A stretch of 64,000 bases of DNA from Candidatus Poseidoniaceae archaeon (GCA_965662895.1 CBFIJH010000003.1:61150-125149); one strand, 5' to 3'; shown: positions 1 to 10,525, counted from the first letter of the stretch. Numbers and translations are program-made. Notes: generated by a model from the sequence alone, not told the origin.

Positions 1-415
1 CTGATTCGAGAACTTGTGCGAGTACGGCGACAAGAAAGAGAGCAATTTTTGGATTAAAAAAAGCAATCGAAAATCCTTCGAGAAATCCTTTTGCTTCTCC
101 ATGAATCGTTTGACTTTCTCCTTTGGCGTTATGATTCCACATTAACCACCCATACCAAGCCAGCAATCCAATGCCAATCCATTGCAGGATCAGAAAGATG
201 CCGGGTGCTTCTTCGAGAAGGACGATCAAACCGAATATTGCAATTCCAGCGTAGAGTCCAAAACCAATACCATGGCCGACCGCGCATAAAACTCCTCGAC
301 GCCGGCCCCCTACAATCGTATTGCGAATCACCATCAAGAGGCTCGGACCCGGCGAGATTGCTCCGAGGAAAAAGACCGTACTTGCAGCAAGAATGGCTTC
401 CCAAGCAAGGTCCAT
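1..415 (-). CDS. LysE/RhtB family translocator (partial, runs off the left edge)
   Basis: Own translation, not in the track: MDLAWEAILAASTVFFLGAISPGPSLLMVIRNTIVGGRRRGVLCAVGHGIGFG...GFLEGFSIAFFNPKIALF. Has the LysE SPGP and NPK motifs. ATCAAG element at -29. Confidence 0.88.
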   Translation of the reverse strand, partial: MDLAWEAILAASTVFFLGAISPGPSLLMVIRNTIVGGRRRGVLCAVGHGIGFGLYAGIAIFGLIVLLEEAPGIFLILQWIGIGLLAWYGWLMWNHNAKGESQTIHGEAKGFLEGFSIAFFNPKIALFLVAVLAQVLES

Positions 416-449
416 GTTTCCTCGGCGGAATCAAACTTCTTGATTGCTT

Positions 450-614
450 TCATAGCAAGAAGAAGGTATAGCCGCCTTTCCATGGATCCAGTTCTGCATT
501 TGTCTTTGCAGTGGCCTCAGCATAAATCGATGTGTATTTTCTACTCTGCATAGTTTTGAGCACGGCACGCAAAAAAGCCTCGTTCGACTGGGTTTGTTCT
601 TCACTGTTCGCCAT
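450..614 (-). CDS. Putative small protein (54 aa), unknown function
   Basis: MANSEEQTQSNEAFLRAVLKTMQSRKYTSIYAEATAKTNAELDPWKGGYTFFLL*. It fills an otherwise empty gap, and TTGATA sits at -29 from the ATG as in many real genes here. Confidence 0.45.
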   Translation of the reverse strand: MANSEEQTQSNEAFLRAVLKTMQSRKYTSIYAEATAKTNAELDPWKGGYTFFLL

Positions 615-692
615 GTACTGAAATCCGCATCAATGGTTATCAATGTTTCTTTATTTCGTTCATACAACAAAATATTTTGCCACTTTCCGGAA

Positions 693-1904
693 CTATCCTC
701 GAATACGCTTTAATTTCTGAGATGCGAGTTTCTTCATTGAGGTTGTGCTTGTTGATTTACGATATATCCTGAATCCCGTTGGCCCAGGGAGACGAAGATG
801 TTGTTCGGAAGGGTCTGTTCCTGGGCCGAGCAATATCGTCTTGTCAATATTTTTCGTATCCTTGGAAGAAAACACGACGTGACGTGGCATCGATTCGAAA
901 TCGAAGTCATCCAAATCCTCCTGAAGAACGACCCCAGCCATCTTGAGTTTGCGCTTCGCTCGAAGTGCAGAGACCGCTTCTTTTCGGTGCGAAGAACGGA
1001 GGATGTCAAGTCCAAAGTGTGTCCCAATCTTCGCTTCACGACAATCTGGGACATCGAACCACCGATCCGAACGAAGCGTCGTTTGTTTGACGATTTGTAG
1101 CGTTTTGATGTCGATGGCAGCAAGGCCTGGTGAAACGTGGTTGTAAGCTCCCACATCCATTGCAATCCAAGCAGGACGTCCATCATGGAGTCGTATGTCA
1201 CTTTGAGCGACTGAACCAGGATTTGGGCCGACTTTGGTCGTCGTCGAATGGCCGAAGATTACGGTACGATTTGGATCGACTGCATATTCGTGCGCGTAAA
1301 ATCGTTTTCGAATCCAAAGCAGTTCCTTATCTCCTTGAAGATCCAGAGGCATTCGAGGGTCATAACCTGCGTGAACAAGTCGTATGTCATCAAGGACAAT
1401 ATGGTTCGGAAGGTTGTCCATCCACATCAAGTCCTTCGCAAACTGTCTCTTCGCTTCGTACAAATCGCCACTCGCTCGAACAATATACGACCCCCATGTT
1501 GAGCGCCCACCGCGTTCAAGCCAAGGTTGCCACAACTCGACCTGCCCATCTTCTTGAAGTGATGTTATTGCCATCAGCTCATGGTTCCCTTTCAGACAGA
1601 TGATTTGAGGATGAGAGCGAATGTAGTCAACCAATCCTGCAGAATCTGGACCCCGGTCGATCATGTCTCCAAGGCAAACGACACGATCTTCAGGGTCGAG
1701 TTTCAAACGATGGATAAGTGCACGAAACGTACCGAGATGACCATGCACGTCGCCGATGGCCCACACTTTCCGGCCCTGATCCAAGCGTCCTTGAAGGTCC
1801 GCTTCAATGTGAGCATCTCTAAACGACGGGCCCAATGGAAGGTCCAATTTGCATCCCACGGTTTTCACCAGAGAAGAGTTTCCTCTTCGATACGCACTTA
1901 ACAA
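693..1904 (-). CDS. PPP-family metallophosphoesterase (Ser/Thr protein phosphatase-like) with C-terminal extension
   Basis: GDVHG, GDMIDRG, GNHE, HAG and FGHS motifs. Start codon uncertain. Confidence 0.88.
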   Translation of the reverse strand: MLSAYRRGNSSLVKTVGCKLDLPLGPSFRDAHIEADLQGRLDQGRKVWAIGDVHGHLGTFRALIHRLKLDPEDRVVCLGDMIDRGPDSAGLVDYIRSHPQIICLKGNHELMAITSLQEDGQVELWQPWLERGGRSTWGSYIVRASGDLYEAKRQFAKDLMWMDNLPNHIVLDDIRLVHAGYDPRMPLDLQGDKELLWIRKRFYAHEYAVDPNRTVIFGHSTTTKVGPNPGSVAQSDIRLHDGRPAWIAMDVGAYNHVSPGLAAIDIKTLQIVKQTTLRSDRWFDVPDCREAKIGTHFGLDILRSSHRKEAVSALRAKRKLKMAGVVLQEDLDDFDFESMPRHVVFSSKDTKNIDKTILLGPGTDPSEQHLRLPGPTGFRIYRKSTSTTSMKKLASQKLKRIRG

Positions 1905-2046
1905 TGAGGATATATTGTCTTCGCTTCATTTGAGGGTAAAAAGTGTCGATTTTCTGACCTTTTTCGATTTTTCAGTGATTAAAAACTCCATTCTCTGGAA
2001 GATGATGTAATAAAAAAATATCAATATTCTATGTTTTTGAAAAGCA

Positions 2047-5000
2047 TCACATGTTTCGACGGTATTGTCCACCAACTCGGAACAATGCTTCTGTAATCTG
2101 TCCAAGGCTTGCAACCTTGACAGTTTCCATCAACTCTTCGAAGACGTTTCCACCTGTCCGTGCAACTTCCTGCAGTTGAGCGAGAGCGGCCGTTGTAGCA
2201 TCACCTTCCTTTGTTTGACGATCTTCAGTTCGTTCAAGACAGGCTTGCTTTTCTTCAGGAGTAGCTCGAGCCAATTCCATTTCGAAATCATCCGCACTTG
2301 ATTCATCGAAGACTTGTGCGTTGGGATTCTGGAAGGTGTTGACACCAATAATTGGAAGCGTTCCATCGTGCTTGAGGTGCTCGTAATACATCGATTCATC
2401 CTGAATCTTTCCACGTTGGTACATGGTCTCCATTGCGCCGAGAACGCCCCCACGTCGAGAGATGGCTTCGAATTCTTCGAGAACAGCTGCTTCAACGAGG
2501 TCTGTGAGTTCATCAACGATGAATGCGCCCTGCAATGGATTCTCGGTCTTGGTCCAACCGGATTCCTTGTTGACAATGAGTTGGATAGCCAATGCACGTC
2601 GTACGGATTCCTCGGTTGGTGTCGTAATCGCTTCATCGTATGCGTTGGTGTGCAAGGAGTTGGCATTGTCCTGGATGGCGAGAAGCGCTTGCAGAGTTGT
2701 ACGAATATCGTTGAAGTCGATTTCCTGAGCGTGGAGTGAACGACCTGATGTTTGGATGTGGTACTTCAGTTTCTGAGAGCGTTCGTTGGCTCCGTACAAG
2801 TCACGCATGGCAACTGCCCAGATGCGTCGGGCAACTCGACCAATGACGGTGTATTCTGGATCCAATCCATTGCTGAAGAAGAACGAAAGGTTTGGAGCAA
2901 ACTTGTCAATGTCCATGCCTCGGCTCCGATAGTATTCGACGTAGGTAAAGCCGTTTGCAAGCGTAAGGGCAAGTTGCGTGATTGGGTTTGCACCTGCTTC
3001 TGCGATGTGATAGCCACTGATGGATACGGAGTAGTGGTTGCGCACGTTATGGTCGATGTAGTATTGCTGAACATCGCCCATGAGTTTGAGGGCAAACGGT
3101 GTCGAGAAGATGCACGTGTTCTGTGCTTGATCTTCCTTGAGGATGTCTGCCTGAACGGTTCCACGAACGGTTGAGAGCGTTCGTGCTTTGATTTCAGCAT
3201 AGGTTTCAGCATCAACCAATTCATCGCCACGACGTCCGACAGTTCCTAGACCGAATCCATTGTGTCCTTCTGGAAGTTTTCCACGATAGGCAACATCGAG
3301 TGGTTCGATGGATTTGCCTTGTTCTTCGAGATGTTTCTCGACTTGTTGATCAATGGCTGCATTGAGGAAGAATGCGAGTAGGATAGGAGCAGGTCCGTTG
3401 ATGGTCATCGAGACCGATGTGTTCGGGTCGCATAGATCGAATCCTGAATAGAGACGTTTTGCATCATCGCATGTTGCAATACTGACCCCTGAGTTTCCGA
3501 CCTTGCCCCAAATGTCTGGGCGGAGGGCAGGGTCACGACCGTAGAGCGTAACGGAGTCGAATGCAGTTGACAATCGAACGTAGTCTTGTCCCTGACTGAG
3601 GTAGTGGAATCGTCGGTTCGTTCGCTCAGGTTCACCTTCTCCGGCAAACATGCGAGCGCTCAGTTCATCGGTTCGCTTGAACGGGAAGACCCCAGCGGTG
3701 TATGGGAAATGACCAGGAGCATTCTCTTTGCTCAACCATTCGAACAGTTCACCATCATCCGCAAACGTTGGTAATGCAACGCGTGAAATGTTGGAATGAG
3801 CCAGCGATTCGGTCGTCGTTTGAACCGAGAATGGCTTGCCTCGAACGTGGTACGTGTATTCCCCACTTCGATATTCATCAGCAAGTTTTCGATAGTTGGC
3901 AAGATCTTCACGAGCCGTTTCAATCTCTTCGAGAAGTTCTGTAATTTGGTCGTCAACATCCTTCGCAATCGATGGAATGTGTTCCTTTGCAGATTCAAGG
4001 TGCTGGCAAAGGCGGAGTTTCTGCGCAATGGCCGTGTTCTCCTCGTGATAGGTTCGAATGGTCGCTGCAATATCGGATAGGTAATGTACTCGTTCTGGTG
4101 GAATAACACCCTTACGCTCACCAACAATTTCCATCGGCTTGCGTGCCTCAAATCCGACCATGGTTGAGAGTTTTTGCCACAATGCATCGACACCAGGGTC
4201 TGCAAACTGGCTTGCAATGGTTGCAACAACGGGGAGTTCCTCATCAGAAACATCGAAAAGATTTCGGTTGCGACGAACTTGTTTTCGAATGGCTCGAAGT
4301 GCATCTTCACTTCCACGCTTCTCGTATTTGTTGAGAACAACCAAATCGGCAACATCGAGCATCTCGATTTTTTCGAGTTGTGTATGAGCGCCGAATTCTG
4401 CCGTCATCACATACAGTGAGCGGTCCGCAACGGATGTGATGGCATCGCTTCCTTGACCGATTCCACTTGTCTCACAGAAGATGAGATCGAATCCAACAGC
4501 CTTTGCAACGTCGATGGCTCGATCGAGATTGGCACTGATTTCTGAACCACTTCCGCGACTAGCAAGGCTTCGCATGTAGAGGTCGTTGTTGGAGAGGGAA
4601 TTCATTCGAATGCGGTCGCCAAGAAGTGCGCCTCCAGTCCGCTTCCGAGTCGGATCAACACAGAGCAAGCAGACTTTCTTGCCAGGATTGTCTCGCTGTA
4701 TGCGGAGCATCAATTCATCGAGCAGGCTTGACTTTCCTGCACCGCCTGTTCCTGTGAATCCAATGACAGGGACATCGTTGGATGAGGAACGACAGGCATC
4801 GAGCGTCTGCGTGAAGGTCGCTTCATCGGCGGATTCGGAGAGTGTGAGAAGAAGTCCAACCTTGGCCATATCTTCGGGCGTAACTGGGCCATCGAGGCTC
4901 TTCATTCGAGCATCGGATGTCAGATCAACTTCCTGTGCGATGCCCATCAGATGGTGAATCATGCCGAAGAGACCCATGGCTCGTCCATCATCAGGTGAGT

Positions 5001-5379
5001 AAATCTTGGAGATGCCTGCTTGGTGCAGTTCTCGAATTTCTGGAGGCGTTATGGTTCCACCTCCACCACCAAAGATACGAACGTGCTCGCATCCTGCTTC
5101 ATCTAGAAGTTGTCGAATGTATGTGAAATACTCTACGTGGCCACCCTGATAGGAGGTTAGAGCAACAGCATGTGCATCTTCCTGAATGGCACAATCAACC
5201 ACATCTTTTGCTGACCGATCATGACCTAAGTGGATGACTTCAGCACCCGAAGATTGAATCAATCTTCGCATGACGTTGATGGCGGCATCATGACCATCAA
5301 ACAGGGATGCTGCAGTGATGACACGTACCGGTCCTGTGCTTGTTTCAAACACCGGTTGCTCTTCAGCATCTTCGGCCAT
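2047..5379 (-). CDS. icmF: Fused isobutyryl-CoA mutase / MeaB-like GTPase chaperone IcmF (AdoCbl-dependent)
   Basis: B12 domain (FDGHDAAIN...TSYQGGH), GTPase (GTGGAGKSS, DRIRMN, ETSGIGQ, NKYE), and mutase barrel (RMFAGEG, QADILKEDQAQN, SISGYHIAEAG). The ATG at 5379 is supported by TTCATG at -29. Confidence 0.95.
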   Translation of the reverse strand: MAEDAEEQPVFETSTGPVRVITAASLFDGHDAAINVMRRLIQSSGAEVIHLGHDRSAKDVVDCAIQEDAHAVALTSYQGGHVEYFTYIRQLLDEAGCEHVRIFGGGGGTITPPEIRELHQAGISKIYSPDDGRAMGLFGMIHHLMGIAQEVDLTSDARMKSLDGPVTPEDMAKVGLLLTLSESADEATFTQTLDACRSSSNDVPVIGFTGTGGAGKSSLLDELMLRIQRDNPGKKVCLLCVDPTRKRTGGALLGDRIRMNSLSNNDLYMRSLASRGSGSEISANLDRAIDVAKAVGFDLIFCETSGIGQGSDAITSVADRSLYVMTAEFGAHTQLEKIEMLDVADLVVLNKYEKRGSEDALRAIRKQVRRNRNLFDVSDEELPVVATIASQFADPGVDALWQKLSTMVGFEARKPMEIVGERKGVIPPERVHYLSDIAATIRTYHEENTAIAQKLRLCQHLESAKEHIPSIAKDVDDQITELLEEIETAREDLANYRKLADEYRSGEYTYHVRGKPFSVQTTTESLAHSNISRVALPTFADDGELFEWLSKENAPGHFPYTAGVFPFKRTDELSARMFAGEGEPERTNRRFHYLSQGQDYVRLSTAFDSVTLYGRDPALRPDIWGKVGNSGVSIATCDDAKRLYSGFDLCDPNTSVSMTINGPAPILLAFFLNAAIDQQVEKHLEEQGKSIEPLDVAYRGKLPEGHNGFGLGTVGRRGDELVDAETYAEIKARTLSTVRGTVQADILKEDQAQNTCIFSTPFALKLMGDVQQYYIDHNVRNHYSVSISGYHIAEAGANPITQLALTLANGFTYVEYYRSRGMDIDKFAPNLSFFFSNGLDPEYTVIGRVARRIWAVAMRDLYGANERSQKLKYHIQTSGRSLHAQEIDFNDIRTTLQALLAIQDNANSLHTNAYDEAITTPTEESVRRALAIQLIVNKESGWTKTENPLQGAFIVDELTDLVEAAVLEEFEAISRRGGVLGAMETMYQRGKIQDESMYYEHLKHDGTLPIIGVNTFQNPNAQVFDESSADDFEMELARATPEEKQACLERTEDRQTKEGDATTAALAQLQEVARTGGNVFEELMETVKVASLGQITEALFRVGGQYRRNM

Positions 5380-5421
5380 GAACATCCGAAGCAAATGGAG
5401 TTCATGAAATCAAGGGTGCGT

Positions 5422-7098
5422 CTAGACTTCAGAGATTTCATCATCTGCCAAAGGAGGTAGGCCTTGTTTTGCTCGAACATAATCTGTATAATTCCCAAAG
5501 TAGACTTTGATTTTCCCATTCTCAAGTTCCCAAATCCGATTGACGACTTGGTCGAGGAACCATCGGTCGTGTGAGACAGTGATGAGCGAACCTTCGTAGC
5601 CAATGAGGGCTTCTTCGAGGGTTTCTTTTGATTCCATATCCAGGTGGTTGGTCGGTTCGTCCATCAACAGCAAGTTGTTGTCTTCGAGCAAGAGTTTGAG
5701 CAAGGCAACACGAGCACGCTCTCCACCGGAGAGTTGCTTGAGTTTGGTTCCAACCTGATCGCTTGAGAATTGGAACCGTCCCAGAGCAGCACGAATGTCT
5801 CCGTATTGGTAATCTGGGCGCAGCTTCTGAATTTGTTCAACAGGGTTCAGCTCAAAGTCGAGTGTGGCGTGATCCTGATGGAAGTAACCAATCACTGTAC
5901 CAGGCGAAACATCGATTTTTCCGGAATCGAGTTTCAGCTCCTCGTTGATGATTTTGAGCAAGGTCGTCTTCCCTTGACCGTTTCCACCGACAATTCCAAT
6001 GCGATCTCCTTTCCGGACTTCGAGGGTTTGGTTGTCGAGAATCGGTCGTTCAAGTCCTTCAAACGTCTTGGTTGCATCAACGAGTTCCAACACGTCCATG
6101 CTTGCCTTATCGATGGCATCGAGTTTGAGAATCAATGGCTTTCGCTTTTTTGGCACTCGTGCTTTCAATGCCTTGAGTTCTTGTTGCATTCGTGTGATCA
6201 TCTTGTGTTTTGCAGAAATCGACTTGTCGTATTTGTTGGCTCGCTTCATCTGTTGAATAGCACCGGTCGTGGATTGGATTTTCTTTTCCAAATTACCAAT
6301 TCGCTCATTGAGCGCTTGTTCGCTGGCAACTTTCTGGACGATGAATTGACTGTAGTTGCCTTTCCATGGCCATGCTCGCAAGTTGTCGATTTCGACGATT
6401 CTGTTGCAGACTTGGTCGAGGAAATATCGATCGTGTGAGACAATAAGTTGGGCTCCTTTGAAATCCTTCAGGAAGGCTTCCAACCATTCTGTCGTTTGAA
6501 TGTCGAGGTGGTTGGTCGGCTCGTCGAGGAAGATGACATCAATGCCTGATAGACCGACAAGCTGTCGAGCAAGAGCAAGTTTTGCCTTTTCTCCGCCAGA
6601 GAGTTGAGATACGTGCATGTCCATTGGGTGTTTGTCAAGGCCGAGGCGTTCGAGAATACCTTTTGCAATACCAGCAACGTTTCCACCTCCTGAAGAAGCG
6701 AGTGTCTGTTGAAGTTCGGAATACCGTTCCATCACAGGTTCCCAATCACCTTCGTAGAAGGCCGGGTCAACCATTTGTGCTTCAATTGCCGCAATCTCAT
6801 CTTCCAATTCTTGGAACTGTCGGCCTTTGCGACCAAGTTCTTCTTCGATGGTTGAATCGGATTCAATGTCGCGAATTTGGGTAAGGTAAGCGATGCGAAT
6901 TCCTGGTGCAAAATCAATCTCACCAACATCTTGTTGTTGTTCACTAATCGTGTTAAGCAGTGTTGTCTTCCCCGCCCCGTTGTGTCCGACAATACCGATT
7001 CGTTCACCATCGTTGACGATGAGATTGATGTCTTGCAAAACATCGGTTGGTCCGAAACTTCTGTCAACGCCTTCAACTGTTATGAGTTCACGAACCAT
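5422..7098 (-). CDS. ABC-F family ribosome-associated ATPase
   Basis: Two ABC domains (GHNGAGKTT/LSGGE/DEPTNHLD and GGNGQGKTT/LSGGE/DEPTNHLD), no TM segments. Confidence 0.93.
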   Translation of the reverse strand: MVRELITVEGVDRSFGPTDVLQDINLIVNDGERIGIVGHNGAGKTTLLNTISEQQQDVGEIDFAPGIRIAYLTQIRDIESDSTIEEELGRKGRQFQELEDEIAAIEAQMVDPAFYEGDWEPVMERYSELQQTLASSGGGNVAGIAKGILERLGLDKHPMDMHVSQLSGGEKAKLALARQLVGLSGIDVIFLDEPTNHLDIQTTEWLEAFLKDFKGAQLIVSHDRYFLDQVCNRIVEIDNLRAWPWKGNYSQFIVQKVASEQALNERIGNLEKKIQSTTGAIQQMKRANKYDKSISAKHKMITRMQQELKALKARVPKKRKPLILKLDAIDKASMDVLELVDATKTFEGLERPILDNQTLEVRKGDRIGIVGGNGQGKTTLLKIINEELKLDSGKIDVSPGTVIGYFHQDHATLDFELNPVEQIQKLRPDYQYGDIRAALGRFQFSSDQVGTKLKQLSGGERARVALLKLLLEDNNLLLMDEPTNHLDMESKETLEEALIGYEGSLITVSHDRWFLDQVVNRIWELENGKIKVYFGNYTDYVRAKQGLPPLADDEISEV

Positions 7099-7158
7099 GG
7101 TGGGTCACCAAACTGAGCCCAACGATGGGGCTTCAAAACCCAATCGGTCAAAAAACCC

Positions 7159-9069
7159 TCAGTTGATGGTTGCAATCGCTTCTTCGTGACGTTTCAAGAG
7201 GTTTCGCAACTTGACCTTCATTGATGGTGTTAACAGGTCATTGTCCGTGGTCCATTCTTCATGATCGAGGATGATGGTTGCTGGAATCTCGTACCCCTTC
7301 CATGTTGGAGCCTGCATTGAATTGGCCTTCAGCTCGGAGAGCATCCAGTCACGGGTTGATTGTCGAGCACAAATCTCCTCATCGCTTCCTGATGCGTCAA
7401 CGCCACCTGCCTTCATTGCAGCTTTCATTGCCTCAAGGTTCGGGTGAACGATGAGGTACGTCTTGAGCATGTTTCGTCCATCGAGCGCAGCTTGCTCAAC
7501 CAATGGTGAAAGTTTGACGTTCTCTTCGAGTGAAGCAGGTGAAACGTACTTCCCATTTTCGAGTTTGAATTGACTCTTGACACGGCCAGTGATGGAGAGA
7601 TAGCCATCAGGTGAGAGTTTCCCGAGATCTCCAGTACGGAAGGTTCCAGGTTCAATGATGACTTCCTTGGTTGCCTCTTCGTTGTTCCAGTAGCCGAGCA
7701 TAACGTTCGGTCCAGTAACGATGATTTCACCTTCATCAGGTCGGTCAGGGTCGTCCCATGCATCGGTGTCGATGGTGACTTCAACCCCGTTCGCAACTTG
7801 GCCAACGCATCGAAGCTTCGACTTGCCTGGACCAGACCAGCCGTTTGCGGCCACCAAGGGCGCAGTCTCGGTCAACCCGTAGCCTTCGTAACAACTGAAT
7901 CCGACCATTTGAATGAATTCAGCAACGTCGGGTGACAATGCAGCAGCACCGGACATACAGAAACGGATGTTTCCACCGAACCGTGCTCGGACCTTGCTCC
8001 AAACGAGTTTGTCGTAGAGTTTGTCAAAGAAACCGCTTGGAGGGACAGCATCACATTCGACTCCAGCCTTAGCAATTCGCTTTGCAGCGGATTTCTTGGC
8101 CTTACCGATGAGAATCTTCTTGAGGCCAGTCGCCGCCTCGAATTGTGCGTTTACGCGGTCGTAGAACTTGTTCCAAACACGGGGAACAGCAAGAAGAACT
8201 GCAGGCTTAATTTCGATACACTCGTCAGCAATCTTGGTCAAGTCTGAGATGAGGTTGATGTGAACACCGCAACGAATCATCCAGTGAAGATCGAATGTAC
8301 TTCCAAACGAATGCGCCCACGGAAGGAATGCCGCGTTCTTGTCACCGACATAGATCTTGAAGGCGGATTGAACACAGAGGACGTTCGAGAGGGTGTTCCA
8401 GTTGGTGAGCATAACGCCCTTTGGGTTTCCAGTCGTTCCAGATGTATAGATGAGCGTGTTGAGTGCGAATGGATCATCGGCAACATCGATGGCCTCTTCA
8501 CTTGCTCGACCAGCGGCAACGAATTCTGCCCACTGATGGACGGTGACGCCTTCAGGAGGAAGTTCGTTTGCTGGCTCGTCACCGAGCAAGAGAACACCAC
8601 AACGTGGCCACTTTGCTGCATCATCGGGCAAGTTTGCAATCAACTTGTCGAGGACTGTTGTATCGGCAACAGCGATGAGTGATGGTTCGGAATCATCCAA
8701 AATGTAGGCCCATTCGGCACCGTGCTGGTGTGTGTACATGGCGGTGTATGCTGCACCGAGTGCGTTTGCTCCATAGGAAAGAGCAGCCCACTCGACGGAA
8801 TTGTTGAGAATCATTGCAACTCGATCGCCAGCGTTGACTCCAACATCGCGAAGTTGCTTACCAACGGCAGCCGCAAGGTCACCGAATTCACGGTACGTTA
8901 GGTGAACACGTGGCATGCCAGGACTCGGAATGTATCCAAAACATGGATGTTCACTGAATCGCTCTGCGCTCGTCATAAGCATCTGGTAGAGTGTTCGAGG
9001 GTCGTCTCCCTCTGGCTTCTTCCATTGGCGGTCGTCAGGCTGTCGTTCCCACGCAAGTTGTTGTTGCAT
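7159..9069 (-). CDS. fadD: Long-chain fatty acid-CoA ligase (FadD15/ACSL type)
   Basis: YTSGTTGNPKG, EGYGLTET, TGDLG and GRVKSQFKLENGKYV motifs. Confidence 0.92.
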   Translation of the reverse strand: MQQQLAWERQPDDRQWKKPEGDDPRTLYQMLMTSAERFSEHPCFGYIPSPGMPRVHLTYREFGDLAAAVGKQLRDVGVNAGDRVAMILNNSVEWAALSYGANALGAAYTAMYTHQHGAEWAYILDDSEPSLIAVADTTVLDKLIANLPDDAAKWPRCGVLLLGDEPANELPPEGVTVHQWAEFVAAGRASEEAIDVADDPFALNTLIYTSGTTGNPKGVMLTNWNTLSNVLCVQSAFKIYVGDKNAAFLPWAHSFGSTFDLHWMIRCGVHINLISDLTKIADECIEIKPAVLLAVPRVWNKFYDRVNAQFEAATGLKKILIGKAKKSAAKRIAKAGVECDAVPPSGFFDKLYDKLVWSKVRARFGGNIRFCMSGAAALSPDVAEFIQMVGFSCYEGYGLTETAPLVAANGWSGPGKSKLRCVGQVANGVEVTIDTDAWDDPDRPDEGEIIVTGPNVMLGYWNNEEATKEVIIEPGTFRTGDLGKLSPDGYLSITGRVKSQFKLENGKYVSPASLEENVKLSPLVEQAALDGRNMLKTYLIVHPNLEAMKAAMKAGGVDASGSDEEICARQSTRDWMLSELKANSMQAPTWKGYEIPATIILDHEEWTTDNDLLTPSMKVKLRNLLKRHEEAIATIN

Positions 9070-9113
9070 AGACTATGGTGTGCATTGCTACACTTAATTT
9101 CATCCCCTACTCT

Positions 9114-9851
9114 TCATGGTTGGGGGATTTTTGAAATGGCATTGGCTCTCCAATCCGCACCACCGTTTCGATTTGCGAGTGGCGAAGCAGGGCTTGGGTG
9201 CCACATCGAATCGATATGGACATCGGTCAGTACCGATTGAGCACGCTTTTTTGCGTAGTTGCCAACACCAACGACCGACTCGATGGCCATGATGTCAACG
9301 ACCGCCTTGAGGTGTTTGTCACATGCTTTCAAAACGGGTTCAATGGTTGATTTTGGAAGATCGACAGGCGTTACATTGCGACCCGTTTCTCCAAGAATGA
9401 GAAGTGGACAGTGATTGACGACGAAGATGTTTGAAAAAATCGATTCAGTTGAACCATAATGTTCGGATAACATCGACCAGAATCTCGTTCCTGAAACTTC
9501 CTGTCGTTCCATCGATAAACCTTCAATCGGTCGTTTTGGATGTGCCCCTGGAGGTGTTCTTACGTCCCGTTCTTTGATTTGTAGAATGTCTCGAGCCATC
9601 GCAGTCGCTCCGAAAGGAACACCTGTCTGCGCCATTCCATAGGGTCCTGGATTCATGCCAAGAAGGAGCGTTGTAGCACCAAATCCGCTCCATTTGTCGA
9701 TGAATTGTTCATGATAGGCCCATGCATAATCAAGAGGATTTGTGACGTGTGCGACCGATTTGTGTTTCATGATACGACCGATACCTCGATTGCAATCTTC
9801 TGAAAGGCGCAATGCTGCATCCTTCAATTGTTCCGAGATGGATTCTACCAT
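9114..9851 (-). CDS. SMUG1-type (family 3) uracil-DNA glycosylase
   Basis: GMNPGPYGMAQTGVPFG and HPSPASP motifs, plus EVSGTRFW. Confidence 0.92.
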   Translation of the reverse strand: MVESISEQLKDAALRLSEDCNRGIGRIMKHKSVAHVTNPLDYAWAYHEQFIDKWSGFGATTLLLGMNPGPYGMAQTGVPFGATAMARDILQIKERDVRTPPGAHPKRPIEGLSMERQEVSGTRFWSMLSEHYGSTESIFSNIFVVNHCPLLILGETGRNVTPVDLPKSTIEPVLKACDKHLKAVVDIMAIESVVGVGNYAKKRAQSVLTDVHIDSMWHPSPASPLANRNGGADWRANAISKIPQP

Positions 9852-10525
9852 GGAAGTTCGTCCCCTGTATACTCGAAGAATCGTCCGCTTCGCTCCTCTG
9901 TTTGTTGATTGATCAATCCAATAAGGCCTTCAACAGATACAGAAGCAGGAACGGGAGCACGTTCGCCACCCATGTCGGTCTTTGCCCAACCGGGGTGATA
10001 GGATGTCACCGTAATGTTGTCATTTTGTCCTTCCACAGCAAGGATTTTACTGATCATGTTCAATCCAGTCTTGCTGGTCCGGTACGCATATGATCGACCG
10101 CTCATACAATCATCAATCGAACCCATCAGGCTTGAAATGTTGGCAATCTTGGTTGGCATTGAACCTTGAAGCAGTGGCCAGAGTGCTTGTGAAACTCGTA
10201 ATGGGCCAATGGTGTTCACGTTCAAAACATCGAGTGAGATTTCTGGATCAACCTCCTCAATGGATTGCCATCGTCCATCCATGCGACCTGCATTGTTGAC
10301 GAGAACATCGATTGAATCCGTAACTGATTTGATATGATTCGCGAATTCTTTGACAGATGCTGTCGAGGCAACATCGAGTTGAAACACAGTCAATTGCGCA
10401 TGTTCAAATTCCATTGCTTTAGGATCACGAACACCTGCAAGAACCGTGTGTCCATCTGCAAGGAGTTGCTTCGCAAATTCAAGCCCTAGTCCTCTGTTTG
10501 CACCAGTAATGACCCATGTCGCCAT
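9845..10525 (-). CDS. Short-chain dehydrogenase/reductase (CsgA/C-factor-like)
   Basis: TGANRGLG, NNAG, YRTSK and HPGWAKTDMGG motifs. Confidence 0.92.
   Translation of the reverse strand: MATWVITGANRGLGLEFAKQLLADGHTVLAGVRDPKAMEFEHAQLTVFQLDVASTASVKEFANHIKSVTDSIDVLVNNAGRMDGRWQSIEEVDPEISLDVLNVNTIGPLRVSQALWPLLQGSMPTKIANISSLMGSIDDCMSGRSYAYRTSKTGLNMISKILAVEGQNDNITVTSYHPGWAKTDMGGERAPVPASVSVEGLIGLINQQTEERSGRFFEYTGDELPW

Noticed and set aside
1905-2046. AT-rich spacer as an ncRNA or origin
   Set aside because: No cloverleaf, ORB-like repeats or stable structure are visible. It is consistent with T-tract termination and promoter sequence.
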